Notes under the pieces: generated by a model
Told to the model about the DNA's origin: nothing
Seen by the model: the letters and a program-made list of their open reading frames with translations, nothing else
Databases searched by the model: none
Source: Candidatus Aminicenantes bacterium
GTDB taxonomy: Bacteria > Acidobacteriota > Aminicenantia > UBA2199
Direction of reading: 5' to 3'
Assembly: GCA_018262835.1 (NCBI GenBank)
Contig: JADFDP010000001.1
Coordinates: forward strand, 96,081-160,080
Length of the DNA: 64,000 nucleotides
Shown here: piece after piece, positions 37,733-45,845 of the stretch
Position numbering within the stretch: position 1 is the first letter of the stretch
How the letters are laid out: each line of letters opens with the position of its first letter
Made by a program: the position numbers and the translations under genes

Positions 37733-40225
37733 TTATTTTTCTCCCTGTACGGTGATGACAATGCCGCTGAAGGGCAAGGGGATATCCAGCGCGGTCTGGC
37801 CCGGCGGCAGGGTCAGGTCGTGGCGGACGGTCTGGCCGCCGAAGGTGATGGCGAGCGCATGCTTTCCCGGGGGCAGTTTGGAAAAGACGAAGGCGCCTTC
37901 CTTGCCGGTCGTCTGCAGGCTGCCGTCGAGCGTGACCGTGAAGTCGGCCAGCAGCGGCTCGCCGGCATCGAAGGCCTGGTTGGGGTCCTTGTCAAAAAAT
38001 ACGCGTCCCTGCAGGCGGCAGAGGGGCGTTTCGTCATCGCCCTTGAAGGTGACGGCGAAGTCGACGGTATCGGTCAGCCCGTCGAACAGGGTGACGGCCT
38101 TGGTGGTGGGGAAGACCACCCGGTATTTTTTCGGCAGCGTGGCCTGGTTGAGCCCCAGGGCATAGTCGCCAGGGAACAGGCTTTGGAAGGAATAGCGGCC
38201 TTCGGAGTCGGTAAGCGACCGCTGGCCGTTGGACAGGCGCACCTCGATCCCGGGCAGGAGGGTGTCGGCCAGCGAATAGGATTCATCATTATCCCGGTCC
38301 AGGAAAACGCTGCCTTCCACGGTGCTGTAAAATACAAGGGTCGTGGTGGAGATGTTGATGAACTCTTCGGCCTCCAGGCGCAGGTTTTGCCCGGACTGGT
38401 CCAGGGCGGTGAATACCGCCCGGTTGATGTTGCGGCCGCGGCGGACGTCGGCGCCGATGACCACCTGGAAGCTCAGGACGGATGTCCGGCCGGGCGGAAT
38501 GGCGGGGATCTGCCAGTTCAAGCGGCTGTGGCTTTGCGGGTCGGACAGTTTGCTGCCGTCGCATGCGCTCGAGCCGGGGACATAATCAAAGCCCTGGGGC
38601 AGTGAGTCCTCCAGACGGGGGGTGAGCAGCAGGGACGGCGAGCGGTTTTCCGTGACCAGGCGGAAACGGATGATCCGCCCCACTTCGCTTTGCGGGGTGT
38701 CGACCTTCTTGCTGAAACGCACCTGGGCGGTGGCAATGGGATCGCTGACCACGGTGGTACTCACCGTGTTGGAGATCATTGGTTTGGGGAGGACGGCGCT
38801 TTCCAGGCTGGCGCTGTTGGCAATACGCATGCCGGCGACCACGTCACCCCGGATCCGTGCCCGGAAAGAAACGCTGGTTTCCTTGCCGGCGGGGATCTCC
38901 CCGGTCCAACGCAGCGTGTTCCCCTGCTGCTGGAAGGAGAGGCCGCCCTGCTGGGAGACCAGTTCGAGATCGGCGGCCAGGATATCCTGAAGGCGGGAGG
39001 CGGGCAAGGGTTGCGCGGCCGGGTTGTTGATCTTGATCTGATACTCCAGCGTAGCGCCGGGCCGGGCCTGGCTGAGGCTGACGGTCTTTTCCAGCCGGAT
39101 GCGGAATTCCTGGACTTTGATCACGGCCGGATTGGAAGCCAGTGCTTCGGGAAGCAGAGAATGCTGGAAATGGGCCAGGTTGCGGATCTCCAGCGGCGGA
39201 CAATTTTCGGCGATCTGCAAGCGCACCCGGATCACGATCTTGTCACCCTGGTCCAGTTTGCGGAAAAACCAGGAGATCTTGTTTCCCGAACGCGCAGCTT
39301 TCGGGGCGGCGTCGTCGTCCAGGTAAAACAGATAGGCGGGCAGTTCATCCCACAGGGTAATATTGAGGAAATCGCCTGCGGAATTGTTTTTGAGCAGCAG
39401 CGTCATTTCGATTTGCTGGCCGGGATAGGCTTGGGACAGAGAAAATGATTTTTCCAAGAATCCGGGAATGAGGGGTTTGACTTCGACGGTGACGGTTGCC
39501 GTGTGGCTGATGCCTCCCCCGCTGGCGGTGATGGTCAGTGGGTAGATGCCCGGAATCGTTTGCGCCGCGGTCTTGATCTCCAACACGGATGGGAAGCCCG
39601 CTTGGAAAGGGTTGGGAGTGAACAAATGGCTGAAACCGGCCGGGGCTCCGCTCAGGCTGAGTGCGAGCGGCAGGTTGAACCCATGGCTGGCCTCGGCCTG
39701 GATCTGAAACTGCAGCGAGCCTCCAGCCGCGGTGGCCTGGGAGGAGGGGCTGGCCGTCAGGACGAAATCCGGGCAGGGCCGGCTCTGCAGGGGAACATCG
39801 AACACGCTGCCCGGAGCCGTGGCCTCGGCCTTGAACACGAGCAGGTCGGTGCCGGCGAAAACCAGGTGGATCGCATGGGAATAGGAGGCATCCTTGGAAA
39901 CGAAGCGGACGTGGGCCACGGGGGCGCCGCTGCCGTTCCCGGTCAGCCAGACATCGATGATGACATCGTTGTAGTCTCCATCGTCGGCATCCTCGAACCC
40001 GAAGCGCAGCCCTTCACCCACCTGCGAGCTCTGGACCTCGTAGCAGTTGAAGCTGGAGCCATCGCTGCGGATGACCGCGCTGTAGGGATACAACTCCAGC
40101 GAACTGCCGTCGCAATACGTGGCCTTGATCGGGTTCTGGCGGACGTCCGCGCCGGCAAGCGCCGCGGCCAGGAACAGGCAGGCTGCCAGGCAGGTCCATA
40201 TTTTTTTAAGGGTCTTTTTTTTCAT
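37733..40225 (-). CDS. Secreted 830-aa surface protein: DUF4114-like N-terminal domain, DUF11-type repeats and an SdrD-B/CnaB-like tail
   Basis: It has a signal peptide (MKKKTLKKIWTCLAACLFLAAALAGA) and GFEDADDGDYNDVIIDV (a DUF4114-type motif). DUF11-like repeats recur (LEKTVSLSQARPGATLEYQIKINN; FSKKVDTPQSEVGRIIRFRLVTEN..LEDSLPQGFDYVPGS). The C-terminus has GSVFLDRDNDESY / GRVFFDKDPNQAFD modules. The stop lies 1 nt before the giant gene's ATG. Confidence 0.85.
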   Translation of the reverse strand: MKKKTLKKIWTCLAACLFLAAALAGADVRQNPIKATYCDGSSLELYPYSAVIRSDGSSFNCYEVQSSQVGEGLRFGFEDADDGDYNDVIIDVWLTGNGSGAPVAHVRFVSKDASYSHAIHLVFAGTDLLVFKAEATAPGSVFDVPLQSRPCPDFVLTASPSSQATAAGGSLQFQIQAEASHGFNLPLALSLSGAPAGFSHLFTPNPFQAGFPSVLEIKTAAQTIPGIYPLTITASGGGISHTATVTVEVKPLIPGFLEKSFSLSQAYPGQQIEMTLLLKNNSAGDFLNITLWDELPAYLFYLDDDAAPKAARSGNKISWFFRKLDQGDKIVIRVRLQIAENCPPLEIRNLAHFQHSLLPEALASNPAVIKVQEFRIRLEKTVSLSQARPGATLEYQIKINNPAAQPLPASRLQDILAADLELVSQQGGLSFQQQGNTLRWTGEIPAGKETSVSFRARIRGDVVAGMRIANSASLESAVLPKPMISNTVSTTVVSDPIATAQVRFSKKVDTPQSEVGRIIRFRLVTENRSPSLLLTPRLEDSLPQGFDYVPGSSACDGSKLSDPQSHSRLNWQIPAIPPGRTSVLSFQVVIGADVRRGRNINRAVFTALDQSGQNLRLEAEEFINISTTTLVFYSTVEGSVFLDRDNDESYSLADTLLPGIEVRLSNGQRSLTDSEGRYSFQSLFPGDYALGLNQATLPKKYRVVFPTTKAVTLFDGLTDTVDFAVTFKGDDETPLCRLQGRVFFDKDPNQAFDAGEPLLADFTVTLDGSLQTTGKEGAFVFSKLPPGKHALAITFGGQTVRHDLTLPPGQTALDIPLPFSGIVITVQGEK

Positions 40226-40242
40226 GTGGTTCTCCTCTGCGC

Positions 40243-42609
40243 TTAATAAAGGACGACCAGCTTGAAATAGCCGACCGTGGAACGGTAATCCGCGCCGACC
40301 AGCTGCCGGTCGCGGTAATCGATGATCTCGGCTCCCAGGCCGACGCGGACATGGCGCTGGACCAGATATCCCAGCTCGGCGGCCAGCGCCTCCTTGCGGT
40401 TTTCGATCGGCCCCCAGATGCGCAGCAGCTTGTAGTTGGCCAGGAATTCGAGCTTGCGCGAAAAAGTGATCTTGGCGCCTTGGACCGAGGCCAGGGAGTT
40501 GCTCTGGATCCCGTCATAGGGAGGATACAGTTCGAAGTTGGTGTCATAGCGCCATTGGGAATAGAGTGAAAGCCACTGCCTGGCGCGCCACAGCAGCCTG
40601 AAGTTCAGCTGTTCTTCCGATCTTTCCTGCAGGGAGACCGGGGCGATGTCCCGGCCGATCTGCTTGTAGTAATTGAGGCTCAGGCTCATGTCCTTGAGCG
40701 GCGAGCCGAACAGGAACAGGGACCAGAGGCGGCGGCGTCCCTCGCGGCCGTTGTTCTGGTTCAACTGGAGCTCGTACCGGCCCATGGCCCGGAAGCGCGG
40801 GGTTTCGATGCCGCCGCCCAGCGACAGGATGTTGTTTTTGATGGTCATTTCTTCCTGGCTGCTGACTTCGCGGCGGACGCGGGAGTCGATGAAGAAGCTT
40901 TTGCTGATGTGGCGGCGGATGCCCGCTTCGTAGATGTCGGCGTCAAGCAGCCGCTGGCCGTTTTTTTCGTCCAGGAGCTCCTTCTGGTAGCTCACGAAGA
41001 TGCCTTCGCTGCCGGTCAGGTACTCGAGCAGGAACGAGGCCGAGTGGCCGATGGTGTCGCTGGCCACGTCCAGCCGGTCGTTGAAGGTCTGGCCGCGGTA
41101 ATCGACCTGGAAGAAGCCCGCTCCCTTGGCGCCGAGCCACAGCCGCTGCCGCCCGCCCAGCAGGAAATCCCTGATCTCGGTGTCCTTGACGATCCGGGGC
41201 TTGTCAAAATCGCTGTCCATCTCGATCTTTCCCCAGGCCTTTGTTTTTTCATTGTTCAGGAACGAAGACAGGTAGAGCGTCCGGGTGCGCAGGTCGTTGG
41301 CCAGGGATTCCTTCTCGCCCCAGCCGCCGGACAGTACCAGCTGCCGGTTCTCCCATTCCAGGAAGGAGTGGTATTCCTTTTCATCGACCGCCAGGCTGGC
41401 CAGGGAAAAGGGATACAGCTCGGCGCCGATGTTGCGGGTGAACTGGAAGGGGGAAAGGAAGATATTCCTCTCGGCGTAGGCGGGGAAGATCTGGTACAGG
41501 CTGTAACCGTATTTCAGCTGCTGGTTGGCAAAGAGGGGGAAATCGGCGTTGATCGACCAGGCATTGAAGAAAAGGCGGAGCTGCTTGCTGAAATTGAGGA
41601 TGCCGCCGCCGAAAAACCCGTTCTGTTCCTTCTGCTGCGGCTCGGAACTCAGTGAGAATTCTCCGAAAAAGGTCAGCGGCCGCGAATCGACATTGACCCC
41701 GAAAGTGAAAATACCGCGGCGGCTGTCCCAGGCTTTCCCCAGGCCCAGGGTGGCGTCGGCGTCGGCGATGTACGACAGGTTGAACTTGATGAACTCCCAG
41801 GGAGCGGCGAACGCCCTGACGCCGAGAACATCGCGGGTGAAGCGGCCGGCCAGCGATTCGAACTGGTAGCTGACCCTGACCCAGACGGGATTTCCCAGGG
41901 AGTCGATAGGAAAGACCGGGCTGGTGAAAATGATCGCTCCCCGGTCGTAATCGATAAAGTAATCGCGGTTGCGGACCATAGGGGTGTAGCCGATCTCCAG
42001 GCCGGGGTTGCTGGCGCTGCGGGTCACCAGCTGGATGTTTTCGCTGCCGCGCAGGATGGGCGACTCGTTCAGGTAATATGGGCCGACGCCGAGGTCCGAT
42101 GGGAATTCCTCGATGCCCGCTTCGCCGCGGCTCACGCCGGCGAGGACCTCCACCCCGGCGTGCTCGCTCTTTTTCCCCAGAATGCCGCCGCGGAAAGGGT
42201 GGTAGTAGCGGGAGAACACCGAATCCAGGAAAACGCCCAGGCGTTGGTCGCCCAGGGAGATGTATTCCTTTTCATTGCCGATGGTGAGCAGGAAATCGAG
42301 AGGCGGCTCGGTGATGCGATTCTCGGGATCGTAGTCCAGGTGGCCGCTGACGGCGTATTCGCCGTGGTTCAACGTGCCGTCGACCATGAAGGAGGCCCTC
42401 TCCCGCGTCGAAAAATCGGCCGGCAGCCCCAGGTCGCTGTAGCGGAAGCGGAACTCATTGCCTTTCACGCTCGCCCAGTTCAGGCGCAGCATGGCGATGC
42501 CCATCAGGTACAGCTTGTCCTTGACCGGTGGCTCGGTTTTAACCTCGTTTTTTTGAAAACAGGAGACTGAAAAGACCAGAATGGAAAGGGTGATGATAAG
42601 TTTTTTCAT
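40243..42609 (-). CDS. Large (788-aa) predicted outer-membrane beta-barrel protein, family not recognised
   Basis: It has a signal peptide (MKKLIITLSILVFSVSC), long stretches of alternating-hydrophobicity strands rich in Y/F/G/N/S, and a C-terminal ...GYFKLVVLY with a terminal aromatic. The ATG at 42607-42609 has a GGAG RBS. The tracked start at 42615 is TTG. Confidence 0.6.
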   Translation of the reverse strand: MKKLIITLSILVFSVSCFQKNEVKTEPPVKDKLYLMGIAMLRLNWASVKGNEFRFRYSDLGLPADFSTRERASFMVDGTLNHGEYAVSGHLDYDPENRITEPPLDFLLTIGNEKEYISLGDQRLGVFLDSVFSRYYHPFRGGILGKKSEHAGVEVLAGVSRGEAGIEEFPSDLGVGPYYLNESPILRGSENIQLVTRSASNPGLEIGYTPMVRNRDYFIDYDRGAIIFTSPVFPIDSLGNPVWVRVSYQFESLAGRFTRDVLGVRAFAAPWEFIKFNLSYIADADATLGLGKAWDSRRGIFTFGVNVDSRPLTFFGEFSLSSEPQQKEQNGFFGGGILNFSKQLRLFFNAWSINADFPLFANQQLKYGYSLYQIFPAYAERNIFLSPFQFTRNIGAELYPFSLASLAVDEKEYHSFLEWENRQLVLSGGWGEKESLANDLRTRTLYLSSFLNNEKTKAWGKIEMDSDFDKPRIVKDTEIRDFLLGGRQRLWLGAKGAGFFQVDYRGQTFNDRLDVASDTIGHSASFLLEYLTGSEGIFVSYQKELLDEKNGQRLLDADIYEAGIRRHISKSFFIDSRVRREVSSQEEMTIKNNILSLGGGIETPRFRAMGRYELQLNQNNGREGRRRLWSLFLFGSPLKDMSLSLNYYKQIGRDIAPVSLQERSEEQLNFRLLWRARQWLSLYSQWRYDTNFELYPPYDGIQSNSLASVQGAKITFSRKLEFLANYKLLRIWGPIENRKEALAAELGYLVQRHVRVGLGAEIIDYRDRQLVGADYRSTVGYFKLVVLY

Positions 42610-42645
42610 CCGCAACTCCGGCTGATGATTTGCGACTATCTTAGT

Positions 42646-42674
42646 ATTATATAAAACAGCTAAAATTTCTTCAA
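42646..42674 (-). promoter_or_regulatory. Near-consensus sigma70-type promoter in the AT-rich gap upstream of the large OM barrel gene
   Basis: On the minus strand it reads TTGAAG (42669-42674), a 17-nt spacer, then TATAAT (42646-42651). Confidence 0.5.
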
Positions 42675-42692
42675 CTAATTAAATCCAAACAA

Positions 42693-43139
42693 TCAGAGAT
42701 GGATGAATATCCCGGCGCTGATGCGGGTCTTGTTCAGATCGGAAAAATGAAGGAAGCGCAGGTCGGCGCGAAGGGAGAACATGGAGGTGAAGAACAGATG
42801 AAAGCCGCCGCCGATAAAGGTATAAAAATTGTAATCGCTGAATTTGAAATTTAGTTTTTCAAACTCGCCTCCGGCTCCCAGGGCGGCGTACGGCGCGAAA
42901 CTCCCGAATTTGGGCCGGAATTTGACGGCTGCGCTCAAGCTGTTCCAGCCCGTCTCGCTGATCCGGTAGCCTTCAAATTCGAATTTGAGCATGGGCACGA
43001 AGGTGCCGGAACCGGCCGACAGGCCGTAGAAAAAACCGGAAGGCTGGCGGATGGAGCCGGCGATCAATCCTGCGTCCAGGGCGAACGCGTTCATGGCCAG
43101 GAAAAGAAAGCCCAGCGAGAAAACCGTTTTTTTAATCAT
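42693..43139 (-). CDS. Small (148-aa) outer-membrane beta-barrel protein (OmpW/OmpX-size, 8-strand type)
   Basis: It has a signal peptide (MIKKTVFSLGFLFLAMNAFA) and alternating amphipathic strands with G/Y/F. Its ATG overlaps the upstream gene's end by 8 nt. Confidence 0.55.
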   Translation of the reverse strand: MIKKTVFSLGFLFLAMNAFALDAGLIAGSIRQPSGFFYGLSAGSGTFVPMLKFEFEGYRISETGWNSLSAAVKFRPKFGSFAPYAALGAGGEFEKLNFKFSDYNFYTFIGGGFHLFFTSMFSLRADLRFLHFSDLNKTRISAGIFIHL

Positions 43140-44496
43140 TGTTTTTTCCTGTTTTTTGCAGCAGCGGCCTGCCGTAGTAGTCTATTTCCAATGCCGGCCA
43201 TTCTTTGCTGATATAGAGAGAATAGTTTTTCTGGAAAAGGGGGAAAATGAAACCGTCGTTGATGATCGCCTCGCTGATGCGGGCGATCTGCTCCATCAGC
43301 AGCTCCTGGGAATTGCTGAATTTTACTTCATCCAGTTCGCTGAGCATGCGCAGGGTCCTGGCGTTGAATTGGTTGAAACTTGACTCCTTCAGGATGCGGC
43401 TGATTTTTTCTTCGGCGGGAACTTTTTTCTGAAAGATCTTGTCGATTAGAACATACTGAATGGCCGCCGAATTCAGGAATGCCATAAACTGACTGTCATC
43501 AATGAACAGGGTCTCGATCTTGAAGTTGCTGCTTTTCAAAAAAGCGGTCAGGTCTTTTTCCAAGTTGGAGAGAGAAGCCAGGATGTAAAGCTTGATGTCG
43601 GAGGATTTCAGGATGGAGGCGGTTTTTTGCGGGGAAAGGGTTTTGATCCGGATGGAGACCGGCGATTCCTCGTCCGCGGTCAGCGTGTGCAACTCCCTGT
43701 ATTTGAATCCCGTGGCTTCGTTGAATCTTTTCAACAGAGTGAAAAGGGCGATCTTGGTATTCTGGCCGATATCGCCTTGCAGAAAGCACAGGTAGATGTT
43801 CTGGTAAATGCCGGAATCGAATTCCCGGAAGTTGTCCTTGAACTGGTTCGGGTTGGACAAAAAAATGTCGGGCAGCGGGTTTTCGGCAAAAGTGATCCTG
43901 ATTTTGTCCAGGTAACTCCGCCCTCCGGCATAGAAGGGATTGGCTTTTAACATGAGATGGTGGTTCTTTTCCCACTCCTGCGGATAAAAAAGTCCGGAAA
44001 ATGACTGTTCGTTTTCAGCCAGCACCACCAGTTCCGGGGCGGTGAGCAGGCTCAGGATATCCGGGGTATCCGCCAGCAGCTCGATTCCGACCTGGTTGTC
44101 GCTGGCGCGTATGTTCTTGACCGTTTTGTTCAACTTGCTGGCTGCGAAAAGATCCAGCCCCATGAATATCTTCAATGACACCTGGATGTTTTTGGAGGTC
44201 AGCGGCTTGCCGTCGGAAAAACTGAGGTTGTCCTTGAGGATCAGGTTCAGGGTTTTGCTGGCGGCGATGTAGCGGTATTCCTGGAAGACATTGCTGAATA
44301 TCTCGCCGTCTTTTTTCAAATAAAAAAAATTTTCATAGATCAGGGAGTAAAAGATCAGGTTGGAATAATTGGCGGTGTTCAGGTTGAAGGAAGCCGGTTC
44401 ATTCAACCGGATGTTGATCTCCCCCCCGTAATAGGGTTTGATGGCGAAAATCAGCGTCAGCGCCAGGGGAAGAAGCAGCCATTTCCCTTTAGCCAT
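43132..44496 (-). CDS. Family-5 (peptide/nickel type) solute-binding-protein-like periplasmic protein, with no ABC partners nearby
   Basis: The start is set at MAKGKWLLLPLALTLIFA (ATG 44494-44496), which overlaps the upstream stop by 8 nt. The SBP_bac_5-like N-terminal region reads GGEINIRLNEPASFNL...LIYENFFYLKKDGEI..LSFSDGKPLTSKNI. The tracked 611-aa ORF extends upstream into the neighbouring gene. Confidence 0.7.
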   Translation of the reverse strand: MAKGKWLLLPLALTLIFAIKPYYGGEINIRLNEPASFNLNTANYSNLIFYSLIYENFFYLKKDGEIFSNVFQEYRYIAASKTLNLILKDNLSFSDGKPLTSKNIQVSLKIFMGLDLFAASKLNKTVKNIRASDNQVGIELLADTPDILSLLTAPELVVLAENEQSFSGLFYPQEWEKNHHLMLKANPFYAGGRSYLDKIRITFAENPLPDIFLSNPNQFKDNFREFDSGIYQNIYLCFLQGDIGQNTKIALFTLLKRFNEATGFKYRELHTLTADEESPVSIRIKTLSPQKTASILKSSDIKLYILASLSNLEKDLTAFLKSSNFKIETLFIDDSQFMAFLNSAAIQYVLIDKIFQKKVPAEEKISRILKESSFNQFNARTLRMLSELDEVKFSNSQELLMEQIARISEAIINDGFIFPLFQKNYSLYISKEWPALEIDYYGRPLLQKTGKNND

Positions 44497-45835
44497 TGCG
44501 TTTTCCCCAAAACTGGACCACGAAGCGCTCCGGGTCGCCCCGTTTTTGCCAAACCCCCGTCCAGAATCCCCTGATCTTCTGCCAGACGCCTGCCGAGACA
44601 AACTGTATTTCGCCTGAAATTTTTCCCGTGTATACCGGTCTCTGGCCGCCGTTCTGGATGTCATAAAAAAACAGCTGATCGGAAGTGCGCGAGTAATCGC
44701 TGACGGCCAGCCATTCGCCCCCCAGGGCGGCCAGGGAAGCGCCCCTCTTTTCGGGTGAGGGAATTTTTTCTTCAAATTCCGAGGTGAACAGATGGTAATT
44801 GTAGCTGCGGTCGATGAGGTGTACGCCCTGCAGCTGTCCCTCCCGGATGGAAAAATCCAGGGCCATGGCCGGGGTGATTTTTTTTTCATAGATACCCGAT
44901 CTGTTGGCGGGATCGCTGAAAGGCATGAAATAAATTTTGTCCTTGAAATAGTTCTTGCCTTCTTCATAGCGCCCGCCGACCAGGTATGGGTTCTGGTTTA
45001 AAATGAGATATTTGCAGGGAACAAAATCGATTTTCTGGATTTCCTGCCACTGGCCGTCATGAAAGGCCATAACCTTGGCGGCGGGAGAAAAGTTATTTCC
45101 GGCCGTTAAAACAAGCCCCTGGCCGGTTGGCAGCAGCAGGAGCTTGCCTTCGTAATGAAGCACCGGATAAACCGGCCGCGTCCATTCCAGTTTGATCTGG
45201 AAGGACTTCTCCAGCCGCATTTCCCTGGCCAGGTAAACGACGATCTCGTCGGGGTAGTAAAAAAAATATTGCTCTTGCCCGTCGTCGCCGGTGATGGACT
45301 GGATATCCATCAGGTTCTTTTTGCTTTCAAATTCAAGCAATTTGGAAAAACCCAGCTCGGAAAAAGCGAAATTCCTGGCATTCAATAATTCCATTTCTCC
45401 TTTGCTGAGGGCTTCTTCAAAATATTTGACGGCGACGATTTTGTCCTGCAGGCGGGAAAAAATGGTCAGCCCAAGGCCGGTTTTGCTTTTGTTTTGAATT
45501 AATTTCAGGTCCAGCAGGTAGTGGAGGTCATCGACCCGACTCAGGTTGAATTCCCCCCGCCCATCGGCGAAATTGACCAACAGGTCGGAGACGAGGATGT
45601 TTTTTCCATTTTCCAGGCGAGAGACCAGCATTTGATAAATCTTTTGCATTGCCGTATCGCTCAGTTCCGAATCATTCTCGAAGCGGATGACCGCCACCCG
45701 GATATCGAACCTGTTTTTAAAAAATTCGTCCAGGAAAGCAGCGCTTTCCGCAATCAGGGCTTCGGCGCTTTGCTGGCCAAAGGCATTGCCGCAATACAAA
45801 AAAAGCAGCAGCAGCGAGCAGATCACTTTTTTCAT
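44489..45835 (-). CDS. Secreted 448-aa protein, function unknown
   Basis: It has an ATG and a signal peptide (MKKVICSLLLLFLYCGNAFGQQ). The N-terminal VAVIRFENDSELS resembles the TolB-N/LpoB/CsgG-type FEN motif, and the rest is beta-rich. Confidence 0.6.
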   Translation of the reverse strand: MKKVICSLLLLFLYCGNAFGQQSAEALIAESAAFLDEFFKNRFDIRVAVIRFENDSELSDTAMQKIYQMLVSRLENGKNILVSDLLVNFADGRGEFNLSRVDDLHYLLDLKLIQNKSKTGLGLTIFSRLQDKIVAVKYFEEALSKGEMELLNARNFAFSELGFSKLLEFESKKNLMDIQSITGDDGQEQYFFYYPDEIVVYLAREMRLEKSFQIKLEWTRPVYPVLHYEGKLLLLPTGQGLVLTAGNNFSPAAKVMAFHDGQWQEIQKIDFVPCKYLILNQNPYLVGGRYEEGKNYFKDKIYFMPFSDPANRSGIYEKKITPAMALDFSIREGQLQGVHLIDRSYNYHLFTSEFEEKIPSPEKRGASLAALGGEWLAVSDYSRTSDQLFFYDIQNGGQRPVYTGKISGEIQFVSAGVWQKIRGFWTGVWQKRGDPERFVVQFWGKRNG

Positions 45836-45845
45836 GCGGCGGGGT

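Noticed and set aside
44497-44967. 157-aa N-terminal extension of tracked ORF 43132..44967
   Set aside because: The extension overlaps the end of the 448-aa gene in another frame and is Arg/Ser/Pro-rich. The internal ATG at 44496 gives a proper signal peptide (MAKGKWLLLPLALTLIFA) and an 8-nt overlap with the upstream stop.
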